Shown piece by piece: positions 23,868 to 42,952 of a stretch of 64,000 bases of DNA (positions within the stretch are counted from its first letter, which is position 1; each line of letters opens with the position of its first letter). A program made the position numbers and the translations under genes. Source of the stretch: the human T2T-CHM13v2.0 reference genome, Homo sapiens; NCBI RefSeq assembly GCF_009914755.1, contig NC_060938.1; one strand, 5' to 3'. The notes beneath the pieces are model-generated. The model ran no database searches, was not told the DNA's origin, and was given only the letters and a program-made list of their open reading frames with translations.

Positions 23868-25707
23868 TCCCTTCAGACTTTTTAAGTTGGCATTTTACAG
23901 CCTGACCTTTTGGCATTTATTTTATAAAGTAAAAGATTTGTTTTTTTAATTGTTCCAGTAAGCCTTCATGGCCGTAATACATTTGTCTACAAAAATTTTA
24001 TTAATATGTCTCACTCTGCTGTAGAGAGATCTGTGGATTTGCATGATACAACCTTGTACATTATTATTCCTTTTGTTGACAAGTGCTATATTTTATTTTA
24101 AAGAAAATCAAAGGGATTTAGGATATTGGCAGAAATGCAAGTATTTCTTCAGTGTCTAAGATGTGTTGCCACTTGATGGATTTAAGTTAACACTTAGGGC
24201 TTCTTAGGAACATTATCAGCCACTAAAGCCCTTTGGTTAGGGCTCAGTCATCTCTTCAGTTAGTCTTAGAGATGTGGTTCATTGAATAAGACTTTAGCAT
24301 ATTTTCCAACCAAGTTATTTTTGGTTGTCTTGTTTTTGCAAGAGTGAAACTTGATTAAAACATTACAACAAGAATATTAAGTAGTTTTAAGGAAACAAAC
24401 ACCTAGGTTCCTTAGCATCTTTAATCATTAGTCACTAATTATTATGACCTTGACATATCCATCAGTTTGAGGAGAACACTTTTTACACCTTGTCCTCAGT
24501 TTTTTAACTGAGTCAGAACTTTCACTGGGCATGTTCATGACTTTACTGCTTGGCTGAGTTTTCCAGATATCAAAGCCCAGCTGCAGCCTGTGACTTTCAC
24601 ACTCCTGGAAAAGTAGACGTATCTGCCTGCTCTTACAGCAGGCTTTAGCTTGCCTTTGCTGGGACTTTGTTCTGCCCTCAGTTACCACAGTAATTAGGTT
24701 GCCTCTTCTACTTTCCTCTTTTCTCACAGGCACCAGGAGCCAGAGGAAATAACATAATAGTTGTTGACCAGAGCAGCAGCATAATTCTTTCATGACTGCC
24801 TTTTCTAATTTGACGATTCCCTCTCCTGAGAGGGCTCTTTGTGTCCTCCTCCTCTTCGTCTCCAACTTTTAAAAAAAAAAAAGTGAAACTATCAAGTATT
24901 GCTCCTGCTAACTTCAGATCAGTATTTTCTTTCTCTGAAGCCAATGCAAAGTAATAACGGACGTGCTTCATCATCTTAGCATTCAGCACACGTGTCACCA
25001 TCTCTGATGGTGTGAGCATGTTAAACCAGACTTGTGGGTACTTACCAAAAGGTTCAGTTGACACTATAGGTCAGTTGCTAAAAGGCACAAATGTCTTCTA
25101 AAGCAATCTGTTAAAAGTCAACATTTAACATTTAATTAGAAAACTGATCAAAGGATCTGAATGTTTAGTTCTCCCAAGAAAATGTAAAAATGATCTGTAA
25201 ACACATAAAAAGATACTCAGCATCATTAGCCATCAAGGAAATGCAAATCAAAACCACTTCATACTCACTAGATTGGCTATAATAAAAAAGATAGACAATA
25301 ACAGGTGTTGGTGAGGATGCGAAGAAACTGGAATCCTCATACACTGCTGGTGGGAATGTAAAATAGTATAGTGATTTTGGAAAACAGTTCGGTAGTTCTT
25401 TGAAAGATTAAATATGACCCGGTAATTCTACTCCTAGGTATATACTCAAGAGAATTTTAAAACATATGTCAACACAAAGACACATATACAATGGTCATAG
25501 TAATATTGTTCATAACAGGTAAAAACAGAAACAACCCACATGTCTATTAACTGATAAGTGGATAATAAATGTGGTATATTCATACAATGGAATATTACTT
25601 GGTTATAAAAAGAAACAATCTATCATTAGTACACTTAGGATGAGCTTGTTACTGGCATGTTGGCTGTGGGAAGTATATCTTGAAATTCACTAAAAGACCA
25701 ACTATTG

Positions 25708-26006
<299 letters not shown>

Positions 26007-26417
26007 GACCAACTACCTTCACAATAAATAAAAATGTCTTACATTTCTAATTAAAATTTTTGTTCAGTTTTATTATTCAGCTTTAAAAAGGAAGGGAATT
26101 CTGACATGTTACAACATGAATAAATCTTGAGTACTTTGTGCTAAGTGAAATAAGCTAGTTACAAAAAGAAAAATACTGTATGATTCCACTTACATCAGAG
26201 TAGTCAGAAAGTAGACTGGTGGTTGCCAGGGGTTAAGGGGAGGGGAAATGAAGGGTCGTTTAATGGGTGTAGAGTTTCAGTTTTACAAGATGAAAAGAGT
26301 TCTGTGGATGGACGATGGTAATGGTAGCACAATGATACGATTATACCTAGTGTCTTTGAACGGTGAACTTAAAAAGGGTTAAGATGTTAAACTTGATGGG
26401 TATCTTACCACAGTTAA

Positions 26418-27011
<594 letters not shown>

Positions 27012-27937
27012 GGAAAATAAGCTACCAGCTGAGAGAAAATATATGCAAATCATATTGAAGTCCTGTTAAAGGACTTGTATTTAGGATATATAAAGGATGC
27101 TTACAACTTAATACGAAGACGATAGCCCAAATTTAAGATAGGGAAATGCTTTGACTAGACATTCTACCAAAAGAGATATATAATGGCTAAAAAGCACATG
27201 AAAAGATGCTCAACATCATTAATCAGAGTGGCTAGAATGAAAAAGGCTAACAATACCAAGAGCTGGTGAGGATGTGAAAAAACTGGAACTCTCAATTGTT
27301 GCTGGTGGAAATTCAGACTGGTACAGCCAGTGTGGAATGTGATTTGGCAGTTTATTAAAAAGCTAAAAACCTAAACTTACATAGCCCAGCAATTGCACCC
27401 CCAGGAGTCTACCCAATGGAAATGAAAACAGTCCGTCCCCACAGAGACATGGACATAAATGTTCATAGCAGCATTATTCAGAATAGCCCCAAATTGAAAA
27501 CAATCCAGATGTCCATCAACTGGTAAATGGATAAGCAAACCATATAATGGAAAACCATTCAGCTTCCAATAACTTCCAAGAAACTGTAGACACATGCAGT
27601 ATCATGGTTAAACCTCAAAAACATTATATTAAGTAAAATAGGCGAGGCATGTATTGTATGAGTCATATGAAATGTCTAGAAAAGGCAAATTTATTGAGAT
27701 AGAAAGCAGATCACTGGTTGCTTAAGGCCTAGGGTAGGAGTGGGGATTAACTGTAAACGGGTACAAGGTACCTGACTGGGGCAATGGACATGTGGATTGT
27801 GATGATAGTTAAATTGTACAGCTCTCTCTATATATAGTTGTACAGCTCTATTAATTTTCCACAATCATTGAATCATGTCTTCCAGTTTTATGAGGTAAAT
27901 CATAGTCCAATGAAGCTTTTTTAAAAATAAGATGATA

Positions 27938-28237
<300 letters not shown>

Positions 28238-28478
28238 TTAATATGATAAAATGATGCCTATCTCAGAATTCTTGTAAGGATTTCTTAGTACAAGTGCTGG
28301 GTATAAACTATATATTCAATAGATGACGATTATTACTTATTATTGTTATTGATAAATAACAGCAGCATCTACAGTTAAGACTCCAGAGTCAGTCACATAG
28401 AATCTGGAACTCCTATTGTAGAAAACCAAAAAAGAAAGAAAACACAGCTGAAGCCTAATTTTGTATATCATTTACTGA

Positions 28479-28715
<237 letters not shown>

Positions 28716-28849
28716 TAATAAGAATGTGTCAGAGCTCTTAATGTCAAAACTTTGATTACACAGTCCCTTTAAGGCAGTTCTGTTTTAACCCCAGGTGGGT
28801 TAAATATTCCAGCTATCTGAGGAGCTTTTTGATAATTGGACCTCACCTT

Positions 28850-29005
28850 AGTAGTTCTCTACCCTGGCCACACATTAGAATCACTTGGGAGCTTTTAAAA
28901 CTGTAAGCTCTGCCCTGAGATATTCTTACTCAATTTAATTGTGTAGTTTTTAAAATTCCCCAGGAAATTCTGGTATTTCTGTTTAGGAACCGCTGCCTCA
29001 AGCCT
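28850..29005. mobile_element. MER5-like relic
   Basis: gtagttctct.ccctggc.acacattagaatcacttgggagcttttaaaa...aggaaccgctg. Confidence 0.65.
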
Positions 29006-29254
29006 AGCAGCACAGATATGTAGGAAATTAGCTCTGTAAGGTTGGTCTTACAGGGATAAACAGATCCTTCCTTAGTCCCTGGACTTAATCACTGAGAGTT
29101 TGGTGGTGGTTTTGCATTTAATGACACAACCTGTAGCATGCAGTGTTACTTAAGACAGCAAGCATCTAGTGAGAGGAGCTGGTGCCATGCATGACCCCAC
29201 ATAGATCTTGCTGATAGTGCTACAGCATGAACCCTGAAGCTTTCAAAACTATGA

Positions 29255-29847
29255 TTTTTTTTTTTTTTTTTTTTTTGAGACGGAGTCTCTGTCACCCAGG
29301 CTGGAGTGGTGCAATCTCGGCTCATTGCAACCTCTGCCTCCCAGATTTAAGTGATTCTCTGCCTCAGCCTCCCGAGTAGCTGGGATTACAGGTGCCTGCC
29401 ACCACGCCCGGCTAATTTTTGTATTTTTAGTAGAAACAGGGTTTCACCATGTTGGCCAGGCTCCTCTTGAACTCCTGACCTCAAGTGATGTGCCTGCCTC
29501 GGCCTCCCAAAGTGCTGGGATTACAGGCGTGAGCCACCGCACCTGGCTTTTTTTTTTTTTTTTTTTTTTGGAGACAGAGTCTTGCTCTGTCGCCCAAACT
29601 AGAGTGCAGTGACATTAGCTCACTGCAACTTCTGCCTCCTAGGTTCAAGCGATCCTCCTGTCTCAGCCTCCCAAGTAGCTGGAATTACATGTGTGCACCA
29701 CCATGCCTGGCTAATTTTTGTATTTTTAGTGGAGATGAGGTTTTGCCACATTGCCCAGGCTGGTCTCAAACTTCTGACCTCAACTGATCTGCCTGCCTCA
29801 GCCGCATAAAGTGCTGGGATTACAGGCATGAGCCACTGTGCCCAACC
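29255..29847 (-). mobile_element. Two tandem antisense Alus within one TSD (aaaactatgattt)
   Basis: 29255-29548 and 29549-29847. Confidence 0.9.
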
Positions 29848-30093
29848 TGAAAACTATGATTTAAGTAAACAACCCATAAAATATTTCTTGCTATTTTTAC
29901 TAAAGATGTGTTATCTTGGCCGGGTGAAGACTTTCTAGTGTTTCCGTAACTAGGGTAAAAAATGAACTCTATTATATGGCTTGTACATGTGTTTACAAGA
30001 AAGCAGTGTACTCCTCATAAATAAACTTTTAGTTTATTTTATTTTTTAAACACTGCAGCCTCATCATGCTTCACGGAGGAGCCTGTGCGGGAA

Positions 30094-30231
30094 GAATGCT
30101 CCCACACAGCATAAAGAATGCTCCCGCACAGCATAGAGAATGCCCCCGCACAGCATAGAGAAGCCCCCGCACAGCATAGAGAATGCCCCCGCACAGCATA
30201 GAGAAGCCCCCGCACAGCATAGAGAATGCTC
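30094..30231. repeat. 21-22-bp minisatellite (gaatgcycccgcacagcataga) x~6.4 in PSEN1 intron 11
   Basis: Units start at 30094, 30116, 30138, 30160, 30181, 30203, partial 30224. Confidence 0.95.
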
Positions 30232-30531
30232 TTCACCTCTGGGTTTTTAACCAGCCAAACTAAAATCACAGAGGCCAACACATCATTTAAGATAGAAATT
30301 TCTGTATCTTTTAATTTTTTTCAAAGTAGTTTTACTTATTTTCAGATTCTATTTCTTTACTAGAATTAAGGGATAAAATAACAATGTGTGCATAATGAAC
30401 CCTATGAAACAAACAAAAGCTAGGTTTTTTTCATAGCTCTTCTTCCAGATTGAATGAACGTCTGTTCTAAAATTTAACCCCAAAAGGAAAATATTCAGTT
30501 AACTATGTTAAAAACCAAGACTTGTGATTGA

Positions 30532-30750
<219 letters not shown>

Positions 30751-31832
30751 CATATTTGCGGTTAGAATCCCATGGATGTTTCTTCTTTGACTATAACAAA
30801 ATCTGGGGAGGACAAAGGTGATTTTCCTGTGTCCACATCTAACAAAGTCAAGATTCCCGGCTGGACTTTTGCAGCTTCCTTCCAAGTCTTCCTGACCACC
30901 TTGCACTATTGGACTTTGGAAGGAGGTGCCTATAGAAAACGATTTTGAACATACTTCATCGCAGTGGACTGTGTCCCTCGGTGCAGAAACTACCAGATTT
31001 GAGGGACGAGGTCAAGGAGATATGATAGGCCCGGAAGTTGCTGTGCCCCATCAGCAGCTTGACGCGTGGTCACAGGACGATTTCACTGACACTGCGAACT
31101 CTCAGGACTACCGCTACCAAGAGGTTAGGTGAAGTGGTTTAAACCAAACGGAACTCTTCATCTTAAACTACACGTTGAAAATCAACCCAATAATTCTGTA
31201 TTAACTGAATTCTGAACTTTTCAGGAGGTACTGTGAGGAAGAGCAGGCACCAGCAGCAGAATGGGGAATGGAGAGGTGGGCAGGGGTTCCAGCTTCCCTT
31301 TGATTTTTTGCTGCAGACTCATCCTTTTTAAATGAGACTTGTTTTCCCCTCTCTTTGAGTCAAGTCAAATATGTAGATTGCCTTTGGCAATTCTTCTTCT
31401 CAAGCACTGACACTCATTACCGTCTGTGATTGCCATTTCTTCCCAAGGCCAGTCTGAACCTGAGGTTGCTTTATCCTAAAAGTTTTAACCTCAGGTTCCA
31501 AATTCAGTAAATTTTGGAAACAGTACAGCTATTTCTCATCAATTCTCTATCATGTTGAAGTCAAATTTGGATTTTCCACCAAATTCTGAATTTGTAGACA
31601 TACTTGTACGCTCACTTGCCCCAGATGCCTCCTCTGTCCTCATTCTTCTCTCCCACACAAGCAGTCTTTTTCTACAGCCAGTAAGGCAGCTCTGTCATGG
31701 TAGCAGATGGTCCCATTATTCTAGGGTCTTACTCTTTGTATGATGAAAAGAATGTGTTATGAATCGGTGCTGTCAGCCCTGCTGTCAGACCTTCTTCCAC
31801 AGCAAATGAGATGTATGCCCAAAGACGGTAGA

Positions 31833-31848
31833 ATTAAAGAAGAGTAAA
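31833..31848 (+). terminator. PSEN1: PSEN1 proximal poly(A) signals ATTAAA (31833-31838) / AGTAAA (31843-31848), cleavage near 31863
   Basis: Variant hexamers followed by a CA and a U/GU-rich downstream element (ctttctgtcctggtattttgtttttgctttt). Confidence 0.7.
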
Positions 31849-33051
31849 ATGGCTGTTGAAGCACTTTCTGTCCTGGTATTTTGTTTTTGCTTTTGCTACA
31901 CAGTAGCTCAGAATTTGAACAAATAGCCAAAAGCTGGTGGTTGATGAATTATGAACTAGTTGTATCAACACAAAGCAAGAGTTGGGGAAAGCCATATTTA
32001 ACTTGGTGAGCTGTGGGAGAACCTGGTGGCAGAAGGAGAACCAACTGCCAAGGGGAAAGAGAAGGGGCCTCCAGCAGCGAAGGGGATACAGTGAGCTAAT
32101 GATGTCAAGGAGGAGTTTCAGGTTATTCTCGTCAGCTCCACAAATGGGTGCTTTGTGGTCTCTGCCCGCGTTACCTTTCCTCTCAATGTACCTTTGTGTG
32201 AACTGGGCAGTGGAGGTGCCTGCTGCAGTTACCATGGAGTTCAGGCTCTGGGCAGCTCAGTCAGGCAAAACACACAAACAGCCATCAGCCTGTGTGGGCT
32301 CAGGGCACCTCTGGACAAAGGCTTGTGGGGCATAACCTTCTTTACCACAGAGAGCCCTTAGCTATGCTGATCAGACCGTAAGCGTTTATGAGAAACTTAG
32401 TTTCCTCCTGTGGCTGAGGAGGGGCCAGCTTTTTCTTCTTTTGCCTGCTGTTTTCTCTCCCAATCTATGATATGATATGACCTGGTTTGGGGCTGTCTTT
32501 GGTGTTTAGAATATTTGTTTTCTGTCCCAGGATATTTCTTATAAGAACCTAACTTCAAGAGTAGTGTGCGAGTACTGATCTGAATTTAAATTAAAATTGG
32601 CTTATATTAGGCAGTCACAGACAGGAAAAATAAGAGCTATGCAAAGAAAGGGGGATTTAAAGTAGTAGGTTCTATCATCTCAATTCATTTTTTTCCATGA
32701 AATCCCTTCTTCCAAGATTCATTCCCTCTCTCAGACATGTGCTAGCATGGGTATTATCATTGAGAAAGCACAGCTACAGCAAAGCCACCTGAATAGCAAT
32801 TTGTGATTGGAAGCATTCTTGAGGGATCCCTAATCTAGAGTAATTTATTTGTGTAAGGATCCCAAATGTGTTGCACCTTTCATGATACATTTCTTCTCTG
32901 AAGAGGGTACGTGGGGTGTGTGTATTTAAATCCATCCTATGTATTACTGATTGTCCTGTGTAGAAAGATGGCAATTATTCTGTCTCTTTCTCCAAGTTTG
33001 AGCCACATCTCAGCCACATTGTTAGACAGTGTACAGAGAACCTATCTTTCC

Positions 33052-33155
33052 TTTTTTTTTTTTTAAAGGACAGGATTTTGCTGTGTTGCCCAGGCTAGAC
33101 TTGAACTCCTGGGCTCAAGTAATCCACCTCAGCCTGAGTAGCTGAGACTACAGCC
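33052..33155 (-). mobile_element. Alu monomer fragment in the PSEN1 3' UTR
   Basis: gctgtgttgcccaggctagacttgaactcctgggctcaag. Confidence 0.8.
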
Positions 33156-35131
33156 CATCTTATTTCTTTAAATCATTCATCTCAGGCAGAGAACTTTTCC
33201 CTCAAACATTCTTTTTAGAATTAGTTCAGTCATTCCTAAAACATCCAAATGCTAGTCTTCCACCATGAAAAATAGATTGTCACTGGAAAGAACAGTAGCA
33301 ATTTCCATAAGGATGTGCCTTCACTCACACGGGACAGGCGGTGGTTATAGAGTCGGGCAAAACCAGCAGTAGAGTATGACCAGCCAAGCCAATCTGCTTA
33401 ATAAAAAGATGGAAGACAGTAAGGAAGGAAAGTAGCCACTAAGAGTCTGAGTCTGACTGGGCTACAGAATAAAGGGTATTTATGGACAGAATGTCATTAC
33501 ATGCCTATGGGAATACCAATCATATTTGGAAGATTTGCAGATTTTTTTTCAGAGAGGAAAGACTCACCTTCCTGTTTTTGGTTCTCAGTAGGTTCGTGTG
33601 TGTTCCTAGAATCACAGCTCTGACTCCAAATGACTCAATTTCTCAATTAGAAAAAGTAGAAGCTTTCTAAGCAACTTGGAAGAAAACAGTCATAAGTAAG
33701 CAATTTGTTGATTTTACTACAGAAGCAACAACTGAAGAGGCAGTGTTTTTACTTTCAGACTCCGGGATTCCCATTCTGTAGTCTCTCTGCTTTTAAAAAC
33801 CCTCCTTTTGCAATAGATGCCCAAACAGATGATGTTTATTACTTGTTATTTACGTGGCCTCAGACAGTGTATGTATTCTCGATATAACTTGTAGAGTGTG
33901 AAATATAAGTTTAACTACCAAATAAGGTCTCCCAGGGTTAGATGACTGCGGGAAGCCTTTGATCCCAACCCCCAAGGCTTTGTATATTTGATCATTTGTG
34001 ATCTAACCCTGGAAGAAAAAGAGCTCAGAAACCACTATGAAAAAATTTGTTCAGTGTTTTCTGTGTTCCCGTAGGTTCTGGAGTCTGAGGATGCAAAGAT
34101 GAATAAGATAAATTCTCAGAATGTAGTTATAATCTCTTGTTTTCTGGTATATGCCATCTTTCTTTAACTTCTCTAAAATATTGGGTATTTGTCAAATAAC
34201 CACTTTTAACAGTTACCATTACTGAGGGCTTATACATTGGTGTTATAAAAGTGACTTGATTCAGAAATCAATCCATTCAGTAAAGTACTCCTTCTCTAAA
34301 TTTGCTGTTATGTCTATAAGGAACAGTTTGACCTGCCCTTCTCCTCACCTCCTCACCTGCCTTCCAACATTGAATTTGGAAGGAGACGTGAAAATTGGAC
34401 ATTTGGTTTTGCCCTTGGGCTGGAAACTATCATATAATCATAAGTTTGAGCCTAGAAGTGATCCTTGTGATCTTCTCACCTCTTTAAATTCCCACAACAC
34501 AAGAGATTAAAAACAGAGGTTTCAGCTCTTCATAGTGCGTTGTGAAATGGCTGGCCAGAGTGTACCAACAAAGCTGTCATCGGGCTCACAGCTCAGAGAC
34601 ATCTGCATGTGATCATCTGCATAGTCCTCTCCTCTAACGGGAAACACCTCAGATTTGCATATAAAAAAGCACCCTGGTGCTGAAATGAACCCCTTTCTTG
34701 AACATCAAAGCTGTCTCCCACAGCCTTGGGCAGCAGGGTGCCTCTTAGTGGATGTGCTGGGTCCACCCTGAGCCCTGACATGTGGTGGCAGCATTGCCAG
34801 TTGGTCTGTGTGTCTGTGTAGCAGGGACGATTTCCCAGAAAGCAATTTTCCTTTTGAAATACGTAATTGTTGAGACTAGGCAGTTTCAAAGTCAGCTGCA
34901 TATAGTAGCAAGTACAGGACTGTCTTGTTTTTGGTGTCCTTGGAGGTGCTGGGGTGAGGGTTTCAGTGGGATCATTTACTCTCACATGTTGTCTGCCTTC
35001 TGCTTCTGTGGACACTGCTTTGTACTTAATTCAGACAGACTGTGAATACACCTTTTTTATAAATACCTTTCAAATTCTTGGTAAGATATAATTTTGATAG
35101 CTGATTGCAGATTTTCTGTATTTGTCAGATT

Positions 35132-35137
35132 AATAAA
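35132..35137 (+). terminator. PSEN1: PSEN1 distal poly(A) signal AATAAA
   Basis: Canonical hexamer, upstream TGTA, CA at ~35151 and GU-rich downstream gtgctagtgtttttt. Confidence 0.85.
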
Positions 35138-35237
35138 GACTGCATGAATCCAGCTGTGCTAGTGTTTTTTACATGAAAGTATCATAATGTATAACTGTAA
35201 CTCACAGAACTGTCTAGCACTTATCAAGAAACAGTTT

Positions 35238-35463
<226 letters not shown>

Positions 35464-35936
35464 TTATAGCACACCACAGCTCTGAAGAGTGTAATATTAA
35501 ATCTGTTTATAAAAGCCCCAAAGCAGCTATCCTTAATACATCCTGAAAGATATTTTTTCTAATAACTTTCACATTAATGTAAATATGTCAGAAGAAACTG
35601 TAAACTTATAAGACGTATGTTGTACAGTGCAGATATGTGCTGGAGGATTTTTTTTAAAGAAATTAGGTCACACTAATGGGAAAAGGCAACATTACTTTTA
35701 TTGACCTGGTAGAGCATAGAATGTCCTCTCACTCCATTCCCCAAACTTGATAAAACGTTTTGTTTCTAAACAGTAAATAACATACAATCTGGAAATGATT
35801 GATCAGAAATACATTTATGGCAGAAAAACCACAGTTGGCCATGGTCTTCAGAAGGGGGCAGATAAGACATTGATGTGTTCCCGGCTACATCTGCTAAGGG
35901 CATCAGGAAGCAGGGAGTGTTTATTCCCTCCTTTGA

Positions 35937-38891
<2,955 letters not shown>

Positions 38892-40849
38892 AGTGTTTCA
38901 CGTTTTGTAAATGTGCCTTCTCTGGCTCTCAGGTTACTTCTGTGGGCATCCAGAAATTAATTTCAGGATATTTTAGGCCCTTTGGCCTCTGTCAGACCTG
39001 AAAGTGAAGCCAGCCTGCCTGGGTTAATGTGCTGTTGACGGCACAGGCTGTTTGCACTGGCGATGTAGGGTGCTGCCCACTGAGCCAGGGTGCCCCATGT
39101 GTCAGATGGGCCCATGGCGATGGAGCCAGTGCAGCCCACTTGAGGGAGGAGACAGGGACCGGCTCCTCTGCCTGTCCACACACATGGCAGGTCATCTTTG
39201 AGGACTCTGTTTTCTCAATTGTCAAGGACCAGAATTCCCTCTTTCCCCTCTTGCACTATGGATAAAGGCATAGACATGTTATAAGTGATTATGCAGCTTT
39301 TGTCATTAAAGATATGTAATAACACGGTTCGCCAAGGTGCTCCAAGCATTTGGTAATTATTGCATGAATTGATTTTTGTTTTTAAATCAAAACATACTTT
39401 GGTAAACATTCCTGTGAAGGGAGGCCCATTCCAAGTCTCAGAGTTGGAGTGCCACCAAGACCCCGCCTGGAGCCCCGCTGCTCTGCCAGTCAACTGATGG
39501 GCTCCTTTACCCTCTCTCTTCCTGGCAGTGCTCCATAGCGGTGGGAAAGAGGGTGAGGCCTTGCCACTCCGCGGAGGGCCCCCTGGCCCACCCCAATGCT
39601 GAAGACAAATCTGACCCCATCTTCCCACTGGGAACTTGGCCAACCCAGATGTTCCCGCAGCCCCTCCCTCCGCTCCTCGCTCCCTGGATGGGGCCCACCT
39701 CCAGCGCATTTTTCTCACTCCAAGCTCCTTCCTTGCCAGATGGCTCTGCTGGAGGATTCTGCCCCGGGCTGGGAGGGGCTGGGGACCTGATTCTCTCATT
39801 TCCCTGTGGTTTGGCGAGTCTTCCCTCGCCCCTGTCGTTTTCAGAGCGAGCCCCGCCCTTGTCTGCAGACTCTGGCTGCCTGGACAGGCAAAGGGAAATG
39901 GATGGGTCACCCTGATGCCTCCGAGCCCGGTGACAGGAGCTAAGGATGGCAAATACAGACCGAGGGGCCACCTTGCCACTGCCTGACCCTCCAGGGAGCT
40001 TGGGCGCCGTCCCATTTCTTAAACTCCTGGCAGTTGCCCAATAAATGGTGAGTCAGTGAAGGACTGTAGGGGTGGCTGCGGGGTCTGCGGGAGGGGATTT
40101 CCATGCAGAATGATGTCAATAGGTCATGTGCATGGGAATTGTTGTGAGTAAGAACAAACATTAACCAGCTTTTGCCCCTGTTTACAAGGCTGTGCTGGAG
40201 AGTGTGGAGCCGAAGTCAACCAGCCTTATCCCTTCAGGAGACCTGAATTTATAAATGGTGGTCAGGATGAATACAAACAGGATTCCTCCCCCAGTTCACG
40301 TTTGTGACATCTGGAGAGATGTATGGGTTTGTCCTGGGTCATTGTCACCACATTGGATGCAGGGGGAATAAAGGATAGGGCGGTTGTTAATACATACCCC
40401 ACATTTAACCAAGAAAAGCCACAGAGGAAGGTACTGCTTCATAAAACCAATGTCCCTTGAGCATGTCCCTTAATATGCCACAGACACTATGCCAAGCCCA
40501 TCACAGGCATTGTCTCCTGTCCTCACCCCACCCTATGGGTAGGGCCTGTTAGCCCCATTTTACAGAGGAGGAGGAGCGCTCCCAGAGTCACTGCCCGCAG
40601 GTAAGTGGGAGAGGCTGTGCCTCCAGCACTGTCAAGGACGGGGGCACTGGACCCCATTTCTGATGAACCGAATCTTCGTCTGAGTGGGCCTTGGTAGCGC
40701 AGTCTCACAACCTTTCTCAACTTTCTCACTAAAGCTGCTCAAGCAACAGAGGACAGAGACACTGAGGGATGTGGACACAGTCCAAGGTGGCAGCCTTAGG
40801 TGGAGAGTTCTCTGGAGTTTTACCAAAACCAAAAGTTTTATTTCATAAT

Positions 40850-41170
40850 ATATGCTTTTTGTTGTCTTACTGGGTAAAATACAACATAAAATATACCATC
40901 CTAACCATTTTTGAGTGTGCATTTGGTGACATTAAGTTCCTTCACAGTGATGTGTAGCTATCACACGCCCATCTCCAGAGCTCCTTCCTCACCACAAAAC
41001 AGCTCCCCGCCCCAGCCTCCAGCACCCCCATTCCAGCTCTGTCTCTGTGAATTTGACTACTCCAGGAACCTCACAAGGAGTGGAACGACCCACTATTCAT
41101 TCTTCTGTGACTGGCTTATTTCACTTAGCGTGAAGTCCTTGAGGTTCATGCATGTTGTTGTAGACGTGTT
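40850..41170 (-). mobile_element. L1MB-like 3' end fragment
   Basis: aaaatataccatcctaaccatttttgagtgt...ctgtgactggcttatttcacttagc. Confidence 0.7.
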
Positions 41171-41196
41171 TTAATGTTAAAAAAAAAAAAAAAAAC

Positions 41197-42952
<1,756 letters not shown>

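Larger units (their letters stand above)
30751..35152 (+). other. PSEN1: PSEN1 long 3' UTR (to distal poly(A) site)
   Basis: Nearly repeat-free sequence after the stop, ending ~15 nt after AATAAA at 35132; matches the known ~4.4-kb UTR. Confidence 0.85.

Noticed and set aside
29245-29862. One TSD enclosing two Alus (possible co-mobilised dimer)
   Set aside because: Simplest explanation is a younger Alu inserted in the A-tail of an older one, which is common.
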